Assembly: GCF_006345805.1 (NCBI RefSeq)
Contig: NC_043018.1
Location: 23,684,001 to 23,748,000, forward strand
DNA: 64,000 nt
Direction of reading: 5' to 3'
From: Octopus sinensis
Taxonomy: Eukaryota
In this document: piece after piece, positions 35,381 to 49,205 of the stretch
Position numbering within the stretch: the stretch's first letter is position 1
Layout: the number at the start of each line of letters is the position of its first letter
Position numbers and translations under genes: made by a program
Notes under the pieces: generated by a model
Seen by the model: the letters and a program-made list of their open reading frames with translations, nothing else
Told to the model about the DNA's origin: nothing
Database searches by the model: none

Positions 35381-36204
35381 AATCCAATGACCATCCAATC
35401 TTTTTTTTTTTGAAAAGCATCTAGGACTTCACTATAACTATTGTAACTATGACAACCACAGTTCCCACTACCATTGTAACTATGACAACCACAATTCCCA
35501 CTACTATTGTAATTATGATAACTACATTCCTCACCACTACAACAACCACAATTCCTCCTTACCACTGTAACTATGACAACCACCTCTAAGTCTGTTGCAG
35601 GTGGTATTGCCTTATCATTGTTGAAACCCAGGTCAGTCCTGACCGAATAGGCCTATAAGAAAAGGCATTCCAGACATGACCATCATGTCTTTTTTTTTTT
35701 CAGGTGTTATATATTTAAGACATTACATCATGATCCAATTTGCCTTTTATTTTAAGACAGTAGGTTGTAATTTAAAGATTGGAGCACTATTTCTAGCAAG
35801 TTAAGTGGCTACATAGAGACTCCCACATCTGCTCAGTCACATTGTTGTGATGGTGACAGAAGGAGTATCATAAGATGAGTCACAATGATGGAAACTACAA
35901 ATCTTAGTACTGATATGGCGACGGAAGCAACATTGTCAAGAAATGACACTGTAATCATAAAATTTAGTGTCATATGGTAAAGTAATTTGCAGGGGCTGTT
36001 CTAGGATATCTAATTGATTAGTTATAGATAATTATGAAAATATTATTATCTATGAAGTATAGAAAGAAATCATTAAAGCACCCCACCCCCAAGTAGTGTG
36101 ATTCAGTCATAAAGTTTGATCACATTGCAAAATGTTATCTTAAGTATAAAAGATACCACAAATCTTTAATCTGGGATTAGTATGTGGGACGTGAGTTGGG
36201 GCAA

Positions 36205-36662
36205 ATCTTAGGTTAAAACTCCAAGTTATGATTGATCTTAAGCTAAAATCCAAGATATGACTGATCTTAAGCTAAGATCCAAAGCATGATTGATCTTAAG
36301 CTAAAGATCCACAGTATGATTGATTTTTGGGAAAGATCCAAAGATATGATTGACCGTCAACTAAATATCCAAGGTATGATTGATTTTTGGTTAAAGAACC
36401 TAGGTATGATTGATCTTCAGCTAAAGATCCAAAGTATGATTGATCTTATGCTAAAGATCCAAGATATGATTGATCTTAGACTAAAGATCCAAGATATGAT
36501 TGATCTTAGACTAAAGATCCAAAGTATGATTGATCTTAGACTAAAGATCCAAGATATGATTGATCTTAGACTAAAGATCCAATGTATGACTGATCTTCTG
36601 CTAAAGATACAAGGAATGGTAGGTCTTTTGGTTAAAGATCCTAGGTATGATTTATCTTAGGC
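36205..36662. repeat. 30-bp minisatellite, about 15 copies, internally self-complementary
   Basis: (TATGATTGATCTTAGACTAAAGATCCAAGA)n. Confidence 0.92.
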
Positions 36663-36867
36663 TCATTATTGATGTCCCTGTTACACTTCACTCTGTTACG
36701 TGTGTGGCTGTGACATCCTAAAGTTTATAAGGTGAGTGTCACTAAACTTCAGCCATTATCACTAAAGGCACTGCAAATATGTGTATGGTATTCGTGTAGG
36801 GATTAATGAATCCTGCAACATTGTAGAAGCTGTAATGTCCTTTTCAACCCACATATATATACACATT

Positions 36868-36978
36868 TCAATGAGCAGCATCCATTAAGTCCAACAGGTC
36901 TTCCTCAACTTCTGATGCAGGGTTCACCTCAACAGACATTTCTCCCATGATCCGATTCAGTTCATCACTTGATTGTTT
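36868..36978 (-). CDS. OSCP1: OSCP1 last coding exon
   Basis: KQSSDELNRIMGEMSVEVNPASEVEEDLLDLMDAAH then TGA. Confidence 0.9.
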   Translation of the reverse strand, partial: KQSSDELNRIMGEMSVEVNPASEVEEDLLDLMDAAH

Positions 36979-39900
36979 CTGTCAAGAGAAAACAAAACAA
37001 AAATATAAGCATCATCATCATCAGCACCACCACCACCAGTCATCATCATCATCATCATCATCTCCATCATTGTGACTACACAGCTATTCTTACCACCATA
37101 CACACAATCCAAACCCTGCACTAACCACACACCCAGTCTTTCCCTACAGAATTTCTTCCTTGCTCATATTTTTCCTACAGATAGAAACTTTCAGCTGTTC
37201 AAAATGATCATCTACATCAGTGGTTCTCAAAGATTTTGGGGGGTTCCACGCAACAAAATACTAAACTGGGGGTCCACAATAGTATTTTAAGGGCCCCTAA
37301 AAAGTTTTGCTTTAGATGATGTGTGTATTGGTTATGCATTGCAAGAAACAGCTGAGTTTCTTTCTCGAACATTTTACATTGTTCAACCAACGCAAGTGAA
37401 TGTGTGATAAACAAAATGGGAATTTCGAAACAAGTGTCTGTAAAACTAGTTTTTAAACATCAAATGGAGGCGGGGCGCCACCAGAATAAAATAGTAATCA
37501 AAGGGGTCCAGAGATAAAAAATGGTTGAAAACCCCTGATCTACATCATTTGATCTAACCAGTCTTGGAGGGACCTGCAAAAGCTATGGACACAGCCCCTT
37601 CCCTTCCGCTGTATTGATGTAATCCAGAGATTATATCAATTGAAAAAAAGAACAACACAAAAAACCAAAAAGCTGAAAATAATAATCCTTTCTACTCTAA
37701 GTACAAGGCCTAACATTTTTGGGGAGGGGGGCCAGTTGATTAGATTGACCCCAGTGCGTAACTGGTACTTAATTTATTGACCCCAAAAGGATGAAAGGCA
37801 AAGTCGACCCCAGCGGAATTTGAACTAAGAACATAAAGACAGACAAAATACCGCTAAGCATTTCACCCAGTGTGCTAACGATTCTGCCAGCTTTATGCCT
37901 CAAAAAAACAATGAGCTGAAAATAATGTATAGGCGCAGGCGTGGCTGTGTGGTTAAGAAGTTCGCTTTGCAGTCACATGGTTTCAGGTTCAATCCCACTG
38001 CATGGCATTTTTGACAAGTGTCTTTTACTATAACACCAGGTTGACCAAAACCTTATGAGTAGAAAGAAACCGTGTGGAAGCCCATCGTGTATGTCTGTGT
38101 TTGTGTTCCCACTCTTACAGTTTAGCAACTAGTATTGGTTTGTTTGCATCCCCATAATTTAGGGGTTCAGCAAAACAGACCAATAGAGTAAGAACCAGAG
38201 CTAAAAATGAAAATAAAAACATTTGGGTTGCAGTCCAATGACAGAAACGTGTCGAAAAAAGATAATTAATGTTAATCATTTCTGTTAATTAAATAATAAC
38301 AAATAGCAAACCTTTGAGGCATCAATCATAATCTCCAAGGGTTTTGTAGCATCTCTGATAATAGCAGGTCTGAAATGAAAAGAAGAAAATAAAAAAAGGG
38401 AAAATGCCAAGAATTTAGAGAAGAAGCGTGGCTGTGTGGTTGCTTTGCAGCCCCATGGAGTGTAGTATTGAGGGAAGTGGCTTTATCTCAGATGATGAGA
38501 GGTTTAAGTATGATAGAGGGGACAGAAACAAGTTTTTTGTTGTAGGGAAGATAGATGGTTACCCCAGTTGGAAAAGAGAGAAGATGGTGGTAATGATGTG
38601 TGAGGGTGTATACTGGAGTTACAGGACGGTGAACATTAGAGAAGTGGTCCAGAGGACTGGACAGGTAAGTTCGTGAGCATGTGAAAGGATTGTAGCAGAT
38701 GGATGGAGATGAGGACAGAGGTGGATGAAGGGAATGGTGAACACAAGTGGAGGTGTAGTCAATGGTGAATATCAATCTGGAGGAGGAAAGGTAATAGGTA
38801 GCAGCCTAGGGGCGGCGAGCTGGCAGAAATGTTAGCATGTCAGGTGAAACGCTTAGCGGTATTTTGTCTGCCGTTACGTTGTGAGTTCAAATTCCGCCGA
38901 GGTCAACTTTGCCTTTCATCCTTTCGGGGTCGATAAATTAAGTACCAGTTATGCACTGGGGTCGATGTAATCAACTTAATACCTATGTCTGTCCTTGTTT
39001 GTCTCCTCTATGTTTAGCCCCTTATGGGTAATAAAGAAATAGGTAGCAGCCCAGAAGATATGGAGTGTGGGCAGTGCGCAAGAGATGCAGTGCCAGGGAT
39101 GAGGTACGTAGGGGTGGAAACTGTGGGAGACAAATGTAGGTAGAGGGTGTGGCCATTGGCAGATTGAGAGGGTGTGGCGGTGAAGAGGCATTGAGTGGAA
39201 AATAAGATGGTAAGGAACAATACTAAGAATGCAAGAAATAAATAAGTGGCTCCAGGGACGGTGAGTGGGAGCAGAAAAAGGGTTGGGGATGAAATATGTT
39301 CAGGTCTGCTCTTATTTAATTACAACAGCTGAGTGAATAGTGTTATAGTCAGAAGGATGGGGAAGAGACACATCTGGCACAGATTGGATCAGGGACATAA
39401 ACAATATGCTTTTAGGGGCCCTGTTTGTGGATGGGTCTTCTTGAACACAGAAATCACCAATCATTTTGATTCTGAATGTTAAAAACAAACTCAACACAAA
39501 ATTTTTTTTTTTTATTAACCCTTTAGTGTTCGCATTATTCTGCCAAAATTAATCCTTTTTTATCCTCATTGTTTTGAACTAATCAAGCATTATCTTGTAG
39601 CGATGAGATTTTGATGAGGTAGCTGTTAATATTTAAAATGATATTGTAGGGTTGGTGTGAGAGACCAGATCTGGCCAGTTTGACTATAAAACAGGCAGAA
39701 TACTTTTGGCCGGTTTAAATGCTAAAGGGTTAATGTCAGTTTGCACAATTGTTTTAAATTTACAGACCTAGTCTACCGCAGGACAACAACACACCACCTT
39801 AAACTTACACAATAAATCAAACAACAAACAAAGCTAAACAGAGTAACGTACGGAGTGATGGTGTTTTCATCATCATCTTTGTCCTCTGGAGTTGAACAGA

Positions 39901-40704
39901 ACAGGTTCAGTTCTATTTCTGGTTTCTGTGACGTACTTGCCATTCCAATCAGACGGGAGAGAAGCTGTAGCTGGGCCAGTGCATTAGCATCAGAACTGTT
40001 ATCTGTCTGGAAGTAATAAAGAAAGGAGTGATTAGAGAAGTAGGGGGCTTACGATGGACAGTAGGAGGCATGTGGTGGTGTGGAGAGGACATCTGGAGAT
40101 ATGTTGTGTGTGTACAGCAGCCAACTGGCACTCCCTCAGAATGTGATGAAGCCGGCCCTTTGAAATACATACACACACACACATATATATATGTATATGT
40201 GTGTGCATGTATGCATGTGTTACTGTCGCCTGGCCTTAACACTGTGTGACAGTTGTAAACAAGCGTCACCATCATGCAAGCAGGGTTGTTTGTGTCCAAT
40301 CTTCCATGGAAACATGGGCAATGTATCACCACACTCGGAAACAGGTGAGGGTTAGCGAGAGAAGAGCATCAAGCCACAGAAAATCCTTCTCAACAAATTC
40401 CATCCAACCCTTGCAAGCATGGAAGACGGGACGTTAAACGATGAAGATGGTGATGACTAACTTAGTTCCTTTAATCTCTTAATTTTTTTACTTGTTTCAG
40501 TCATTTGACTGTGGCCATGCTGGAGCACCGCCTTTAGTCGAGCACATCAACCCCAGAACTTATTCTTTATAAGCCTAGTACTTATTCTATCGGTCTCTTT
40601 TGCCAAACTGCTAAGTTACAGGGACGTAAACATACCAGCATCGGTTGTCAAGCAATGTTAGGGGGACAAACACAGACACACAAACATATACACATACACC
40701 CTCC

Positions 40705-40749
<45 letters not shown>

Positions 40750-43032
40750 AACGGGCTTCTTTCAGTTTCTGTCTACCAAATCTACTCACAAGGCTTTGGT
40801 TGGCCCGAGGCTATAGTAGAAGACACTTGCCCATACAATGGGACTGAACCTGGAACTATGTAGTTCGTAAGCAAGCTACTTACCACACTGGAAAAAGAGA
40901 TTAGAAAGTGAAGAAAACAGAACAAAAACAAAAGAGGAAAAGGCATAATACCCCGTCTGGTCCACCTCGACAGGATAAAGAACTCTTGCTTTTGCCATCA
41001 GCAGTTACAATGTGATTGTCATCGGAATATCTGGCAAAATATAAAACATGAAAGACATATTAGTTTCAAATTTTGCCACAAAGCCAGCAATTTCAGGGGT
41101 GAGGGTCAAGTGGATTACATCAGCTTCAGTGATCAACTGGTACTTAATTTATTGACCCCCAAAAGGATGAAAGGCAAAGTCAACCTCGGCAGAATTTGAA
41201 ATCAGAACATGAAAAAGGATTTTGCTCAGTGTGCTAACAATTCTACTAGCTAACTGCCTTGATAATAATAATAATAATAATAATAATCCTTTCTACTATA
41301 GGAATTTGTAGGGCATGGAATTTGTACGGAGTGGGATAGTCGATTACATCAACCCCAGTACTTGACTGGTACTTCATTTATCAACCCCGAAAGAACGAAA
41401 GGCAAAGTTGATCTCGGCAGAATTCGAACTCAGAACATAGCGGCAGACGAAATGGTGCAAAGCATTTTGCCCAGTGTGATAACAGTTCTGCCAGCTCACT
41501 GCCTAAAGGCATCCAGCCATAGAAAAACATTGCCAGATCAGACTGGGCCTGGTGCAGCCTTCTGGCTTCACAGAGCCCAGTTGAACTGTCCAACTCATGC
41601 TAGCATGGAAAGCGGACGCTAAACAATGATGATGATGATTATTATTATTATTATTATTATTATTATCCTTTGTATTATAGGCACAAGAGCTGAAACTTAG
41701 CAGGAGGAGACTAGTCAGTTACATCGATCCTAGTGTTTCGCTGGTACTTATTTTATCAGCCTCAAAAGGACGAAGGGCAAAGTCGACCTCAGTGGAATTT
41801 GAAATCAGAACATAAAGCATTTTGCCTGAATGGGCTAATAATTCTGCCAGCTCGCCGCCTTTGTGCAAGACATTATATTGATTTTAAATTTTGGCACAAA
41901 GTCAGCAGTTTCAAGGGAGGGGGTCAAGTCAACTACATCAACCCCAGCGCACAGCTGGTACTTATTTTATCAGCCTCAAAAGGACGAAGGGCAAAGTCGA
42001 CCTCGGTGGAATTTGAAACCAGAACATAAAGCATTTTGCCTGAATGGGCTAATAATTCTGCCAGCTCGCCGCCTTTGTGCAAGACATTATATTGATTTTA
42101 AAATTTTGGCACAAAGTCAGCAGTTTCAAGGGAGGGGGTCTAGTCAACTACATCAACCCCAGCGCACAGCTGGTACTTATTTTATCAGCCTCAAAAGGAC
42201 GAAGGGCAAAGTCGACCTCGGTGGAATTTGAAACCAGAACATAAAGCATTTTGCCTGAATGGGCTAATAATTCTGCCAGCTCGCCGCCTTTGTGCAAGAC
42301 ATTATATTGATTTTAAAATTTTGGCACAAAGTCAGCAGTTTCAAGGGAGGGGGTCTAGTCAACTACATCAACTCCAGCGCACAGCTGGTACTTATTTTAT
42401 CAACCCCTAAAGGATGAAGGGCAAAGTCAACCTCAGGGGCATTTCAACTCAGAATGTAAAGACAGACAACATGCAGCTAAGCATTTTTCCCAGCATGCTA
42501 ACAATTCTGTCAGTTTGTTACCTTCATGAAAGACATTCATATCTAAAACATTATGAAGTTAAGAAGTTCAAAATCACGTGGTTTCATGTTCAGTCCCAGT
42601 TACGCAACTCAAAATATACAAAAATTTCCCCTTACATGTTACATCCCAGTTTTGTTCCTCGGTCCCCTTTTGGCTCTATGGACCCTTTCGCTGATGGTAA
42701 GTACCGACCTCCAGGATTTGCAGAGATGGATTTCACAAGTTTGCCGTTTTCATCAAAAGACCTAAGAAACGAATTGAAAATTTAAATTTAAAGTATGGAA
42801 CTGGTAAACACGTGCACACTTTTGCAGGCACAAGAATTTTTTGGCAAGCTCTTCAGAATACTTGTAGCAGACAAAAAATTCTTAAATGTAATAATGTAAA
42901 TATTCTAAATTATTTTGTTTCATTCTATTTTATTTCCTTGGAAAATTGTAAGACTTTCTGTATGTATATATAAATAAAGTAAGGAAAAATTCCCTCATTT
43001 CTTCTAACTTTATTCCTATCAGCAACATACTA

Positions 43033-43063
<31 letters not shown>

Positions 43064-46000
43064 TGTGTATGTAATCATTATTCAGTGTCCGTTTTCCATG
43101 CTGGCATGGGTTGGACAGTTTGACAGCAGCTGGCAAGCTGGAAGACAGTACCAAGCTCTATCTTCTTTGGCATGGTTTCTATAGCTGGATACCCTTCCTA
43201 ATGTCAATTACATTACAGAGTGTACAGGGTGCTTTGTTTATGTAGCACCAGCAAGGTCACAAAGTAAACTTGCAAGATGAAAACCCTTCAACTGAAGCGG
43301 AGGTAGCTTTTGTGCCAGGTGATGAGAGATTGGAATATAATAGAGGGACAGTATCAGATGTCTTACAGTGAAGGAGGTACATGGGCTATAGTGGAGGCAC
43401 ATGGCCTAGTGGTTAGAGCAGCGGACTCGCGGTTGAAGGATCGCGAGTTTGAATCTCAGACAGGGCGATGTGTGTGTTATGAGTGAAACACCTTAGCTCC
43501 ATGCGGCTCTGGCAGAAGGTAATGGTAAACTTCTGCTGACTCTTTCGCCACAACTTTCTCTCACTCTTTTCTCCTGCATCTTGCTGCTCACCTGTGACGG
43601 ACCGGCGTCCCGTCCAGGTGGGAAACCGGCCCTTATGAGCCACGCCTGGCTCGAGAAGGAACAAACAACAACAACAACATGGGCTATCCCAGTTAGAATA
43701 AAACAGAGGAGAGAGAAAGAGAGAGGAAACGGTGAAAAAGATGCGCTGGGGCTTGCAAGGAGGTGTACCAGTGCCACCGGCACTGGTATCACAGCTGCAA
43801 TTTCCATTGATGTTGATCGAATCGAAATCGATCAACATCAATGGAAATTGCAGCTGTGATACCAGTGCTGGTGGCATGTAAGAGAACCATCCGAACGTGG
43901 CCATTGCCAGTGCCGCCCTGACTGGCCTCGTGCAAGTGGCACATAAAAAGCACCATCCGTTCATGGCCGTTGCCAGCCTCGCCTGGCCCCCGTGCCGGTG
44001 GCACATAAAAAGCACCATCCGATCGTGGCCGTTTGCCAGCCTCGTCTGGCACCTGTGCCGGTGGCACATAAAAAGCACCCACTACACTCACGGAGTGGTT
44101 GTCGTTAGGAAGGGCATCCAGCCGTAGAAACATTGCCAGATCAGACTGGGCCTGGTGCAGCCTTCTGGCTTCCCAGTTGAACCGTCCAACCCATGCTAGC
44201 ATGGAAAGCGGACGCTAAACGATGATGATGATGATGATGAAATGAAGATAGTAATTAAATCTCTCACCTAATAACAATAGGAATCTCCGTATTCCATGCC
44301 ACTTGACCAGACCGAGACAAAACAAATGAACCGTCAGCATTTTGAATTTTCTCTTTTAAATATATGGATACCTGGAAAGTAAGTAAATGTATAGAATACA
44401 ATATAAGATAATATTATGTGTGTGAATGTGTAAACGCCCATGTGTGCATGCGTGTGTGTGTATGTAGACATGTGTATGTGTGTGTGAGGACGAGGATAGT
44501 GGTCACTTACCCTGACGTGAATATCTTGGAAGAAACTTAACGCCGTCTGACGCAAAAGCTGAAATTCACCATCTGATAACTCAGAATACATCTGTATACA
44601 GAATCAAAAGTCAGAATTCAGGGAAAAGCATTTCAGCAAATTTTCTTTTATACCAAAAAAAAAAAAAAATGGTGGGTACAGAAAAAATTCCTGATACCAT
44701 GAACATTACATCCATTGTATAGCATTCGCTATTTTCAAGTGTCCATGAGATTGCTAAAGGTCAGTGGGGGACACACACACACACACATACAAAATATACC
44801 ATGTAAGTTTATCATCACAATCATCATCATCATCGTCATCATCATCCTCATTATCATCATCATCGTCGTCGTCGTCATCATCTTCATCATCATTTAACGC
44901 TCCTGTTCCATGCTGGCATGGGTTAGATGGTTTTACAGGATCTGATGTATCCAAGGACTGCATCGTACTCCAGTGTCTGCTTTGACATGGATTCTATGGC
45001 TTGATGCCCTTCCTAATGTCAACTACTTTACAGCATGTACTGGATACTTTTCTTTCTTTCATGGTACCAACACAAATGAGGTCAACATGCAGCACACAAG
45101 ACTGTGAAATGTGAAGTGGGGTGAGGTAGGCTTTATGCTCGGAGATGAGAGGTTAAAGTATGAGAGAAGTATGAGGGAGCAGATCAGGGTCTTAGGGTCA
45201 AGAAGCTAACATAACTACTGACAGAAGAGAAGACGAGAATGATCCGTAGGAGCTGCAACGAGATAATTAGGGGTGATGAGGTGTTCAGTTGGCCCCTCAA
45301 GGTCTTCTTTGGAGCAGCTGAGGAAGAGTGTTCCCACTGCCTGGATTGTCTCTTTGTCTCTGGCTCAAAGTGATGAACCCAACACTCATCTTGAATTTGC
45401 CTCAAACAATGTCAGATTTTCCTATGATATAATCACTTAATGCAGTGCTTCTCAAACTATCTGATGCGGTGTACCAGCAGTTTTTTCCCCAATGTGCCAG
45501 GGACCGGTAATATTTCTTAGTAATATTAATTTATACCAGAAAAAATAAATATAATCTCTATATATATAAACGGCAAAATGTCTGTGTGTGTGTCCTTTAT
45601 ACAAATCCACAATTTTTCAGTTAGCAGACTCGCACTTTCTATGGTCATTCAAAACCGTCCAAGGGTGGTCGTGCACATCTTTACATTTCCCCAGTCACCA
45701 CGCAAAGCCATTAAAAAAATCAATAGAAGTGACTTTTTTGTGAATTTTCTATCCAAAACCCAATCAAAATGCCTGAAAATTGATATGCCAATTGAATTCC
45801 AGCTAGCTGTATGTGATTGGTCAGAGATTTGGACAGTACTCGCATGTATGTGTGCACATACACAGCAACGCCGGGTCATAGTGCTAGTGAATATAATAAA
45901 AGTTGACAATTTTTAAAATCTTATACTTATTTTGTAAACAAATAATACAATATTACCTAAACATTTTATAATGTTTCTTTCTTTTCTGGAAACGTGCCAC

Positions 46001-47004
46001 ATACCAGCAGCTGATGGCTCGCGGACAGGCACTGGTCTGCAGACCACCACTTTGAGTAGCACTGACTTAACGTGCTTTTGATCAAGTGTCGGAAGACAAG
46101 GCGCCCACTAAACAGGAACCTTTATCATGCCAAGTTCATTGTTCAGAATATTCTCAACTCTCTCACAGGATATGCTAATTGCATTGACTATTTGATTTAT
46201 AGTCAATCACCTGTCATCCACCACCATGTGGTGAATACAATCAATGTTTTCCCAGGTGGTGGCAGTTGCAAGGTGTCCAGACCTTCGGTCATCTCCAAGA
46301 CTCTCCCTTTTGCACTGTTGATCAAGTTGGAGCATCATCCCCTTGTATAGCAACCAGGTCAGTATGAATGCCATTGAGGGCTAAATCCCTTTTCTGCAGG
46401 TTCTTAATAACACCATAATGCCAAATTTTGTCCCTTTTCATGAGTAATTGCTATTAGTTACTTTTGAAGTATTCTTTGAACAGTCAGACGTCAGTTTAAC
46501 TGGAAAGAAACAATGCAGTTATTAATAAGAAGAGCTGAAATTAACACATGCAAGATTTCACATCTCTAGCATCACTCCTTCACAGTCAGCCTCTGAACAT
46601 TTCAGCCCACACACGTAAATATATACAGCAGGTGAGCTACACTGCAAAATCGGACCCTTTGAACTTCTCTGTGTAACTCAGAACTATTCCAAAAGTAGGT
46701 AGGTAGGTGGTGGTGGCGGCATAGGCGGCAGTGGTGATAGAGTTGGTAGTGATAATGATGATGGTAGTGGTGGTGGTGATTAACACAGAGACAATCAAAA
46801 TAAAACAAACCTTGATAAACTTTCTGCTGATGTTCGTCACCTGCTGGAATGTGCTGGCGTTGTCCTTGACCATTTCCATAATGCCCTCAAGGTGGTTCAT
46901 TGTAATGAAGAGGATCTCTTTGGGCTGGAGACACATCAGAAATTGGTACTTCACACCCATTGTCATCAAATCATATAACTGAAAACAACAACAACAGTAA
47001 TAAT

Positions 47005-47051
<47 letters not shown>

Positions 47052-49133
47052 TAATAATAATAATAATCCTTTCTACTATAGGCACAAGGCCTGAAATTTG
47101 AGGGAGGGGAATAGTTGATTACATTGACCCCAGTACTCAACTGGTACTTATTTGATCGACCCCAAAAGGATGAAAAGCAAAGTCGACCACGGCAAAATTT
47201 GAACTCAGAACGTAAAGATGGGCGAAATTCCACTAAGCATTTTACCTGATGTGCCAACGATTCTGCCACCTTTCTACTAAATGCACAAGGTCTGAAATTT
47301 TGGGGGAGGAGACTAATCGGTTAAATCAACCCCAGTGTTTCACTGGCATTTAATTTATTGACCCCAAAAGGATAAAAGGCAAAGTCAACCTTGGCAGAAT
47401 TTGAACTCAGAACATGAAGACATGAAATGCCACTAAGCATTTCGCCCAGCATGCTAACGATTCTGCCAGTTCACTGCCTTATCAACAACAACAACAACAA
47501 TAATAATAATATTTTCTACTTTAGGCACAAGGCCCGAAATTTTGGAGAGGAGGCCAGTCGATTAGATTGACCCCAGTACGCAACTGGTACTTGATTTATT
47601 GACCCTGAAAGGATGAAAGGCAAGGTCGACCTCGGCGGAATTTGAACTCAGAACATAAAGACAGAGGAAATACTGCTAAGCATTTCGCCCAGCATGCTAA
47701 AGATTCTGCCAACTCACCATCTTATCAACAACAACGATGACAATAATAATAATAATAATAATGGTTTCAAATTTTGGCACAAGGTTTGCGATTTTAGAGG
47801 AGGGGGCTCATCGGTTACATCAGCCCCAGTATATAACTGATATGACTGAGGGGATGAATGGCAAAGCTGACCTCGGTAGTATTTGAACTCAGAACATAAT
47901 GAGGCGCAGGAGTGGCTGTGTGGAAAGTAGCTTGTTTACCAACCACATGGTTCCGGGTTCAGTCCCACTGCGTGGCACCTTGGGCAAGTGTCTTCTGCTA
48001 TAGCCTCGGGCCGACCAAAGCCTTGTGAGTGGATTTGGTAGACGGAAACTGAAAGAAGCCCATCGTATATATGTATATATATATATGTGTGTGTGTGTGT
48101 GTATGTTTGTGTTTGTCCCCCTAGCATCGCTTGACAACCGATGCTGGTATGTTTACGTCCCCATCACTTAGCGGTTCAGCAAAAGAGACCGATAGAATAA
48201 GTACTGGGCTTACAAAGAATAAGTTCCGGAGTCGATTTGCTCGACTAAAGGCGGTGCTCCAGCATGGCCGCAGTCAAATGACTGAAACAAGTAAAAGAGT
48301 AAAAGAGTAAAGAAATGTAAAAATTACCGCACTTACTTTGTCCATGCTGGCAGCATTCAAACGCATGACAGAAGAATGTGCAATACGATCAAAGACTGCT
48401 CTCATTGCTTTCTTGGAGTAAACAGGCTGTAAACGGAATAACTCATCCATGAAATGTTTGCTGAACATCGTACCAACGATTTCCTGCAGAACTGGAATGA
48501 CCAAAATGGAATTGCGTAGTTTTTAATTAGAATTAAGTTAGGTTTTAATACATTTAAGGTATTGCCACCACTACCTCAACTGTTATAACACACATATAGA
48601 GACAGACAGACAGAGAGACATAGAGAGAGAGTGATGACAGGACAGAAACAGATTTTATGTGGTAGAAGAGATATGAGATGCATTCCAGAAGTTTTGGAAT
48701 TTCTTATTTAGGATCCTCAAGTTATAACTGTTCTAAATTATTGTAATTTTAGTGTATCATTACCATACTTGTTAAAAGCTGACCTGCCAACCTTCTTTTA
48801 CGAGACTGAAGAAAACAGCTGCAAAAGCACTTTGAACACATCCTACTAAACACAGCTTGTCACGAGTGGCTAAATTTGTAGAATACAGTCGCGACAGTTG
48901 GAAGTTTTCTATGAAATAATGTTTTGTGTTAAACTATGCAAAAACTTTACAGAAACCTATGAAACCAATAGGCGCAGGAGTGGCTGTGTGGTAAGTAGCT
49001 TGCTTACCAACCACACAGTTCCGGGTTCAGTCCCACTGCGTGGCACCTTGGGAAAGTGTCTTGTACTATAACCTCGGGCCGACCAAAGCCTTGTGAGTGG
49101 ATTTGGTAGACAGAAACTGAAAGAAGCCTGTCG

Positions 49134-49205
<72 letters not shown>

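Larger units (their letters stand above)
45280..46617 (-). mobile_element. Decayed mariner transposon interrupted by a hAT MITE
   Basis: QDECWVHHFEPETKRQSRQWEH..PKK at 45300-45395; N-terminal part at 46075-46440. Confidence 0.75.

Noticed and set aside
36205-36662. CRISPR-like 30-bp palindromic repeats and the 124-aa ORF 36286-36660
   Set aside because: No unique spacers or cas genes and a eukaryotic context; the ORF is a by-product of a 30-bp period.
38470-39290. Decayed Penelope GIY-YIG region (CISCAL..LHI on minus)
   Set aside because: Too degenerate to call without a profile search.
43413-44202. 221-aa and 137-aa ORFs
   Set aside because: They run across SINE C and D sequence and a hairpin; no protein motifs.
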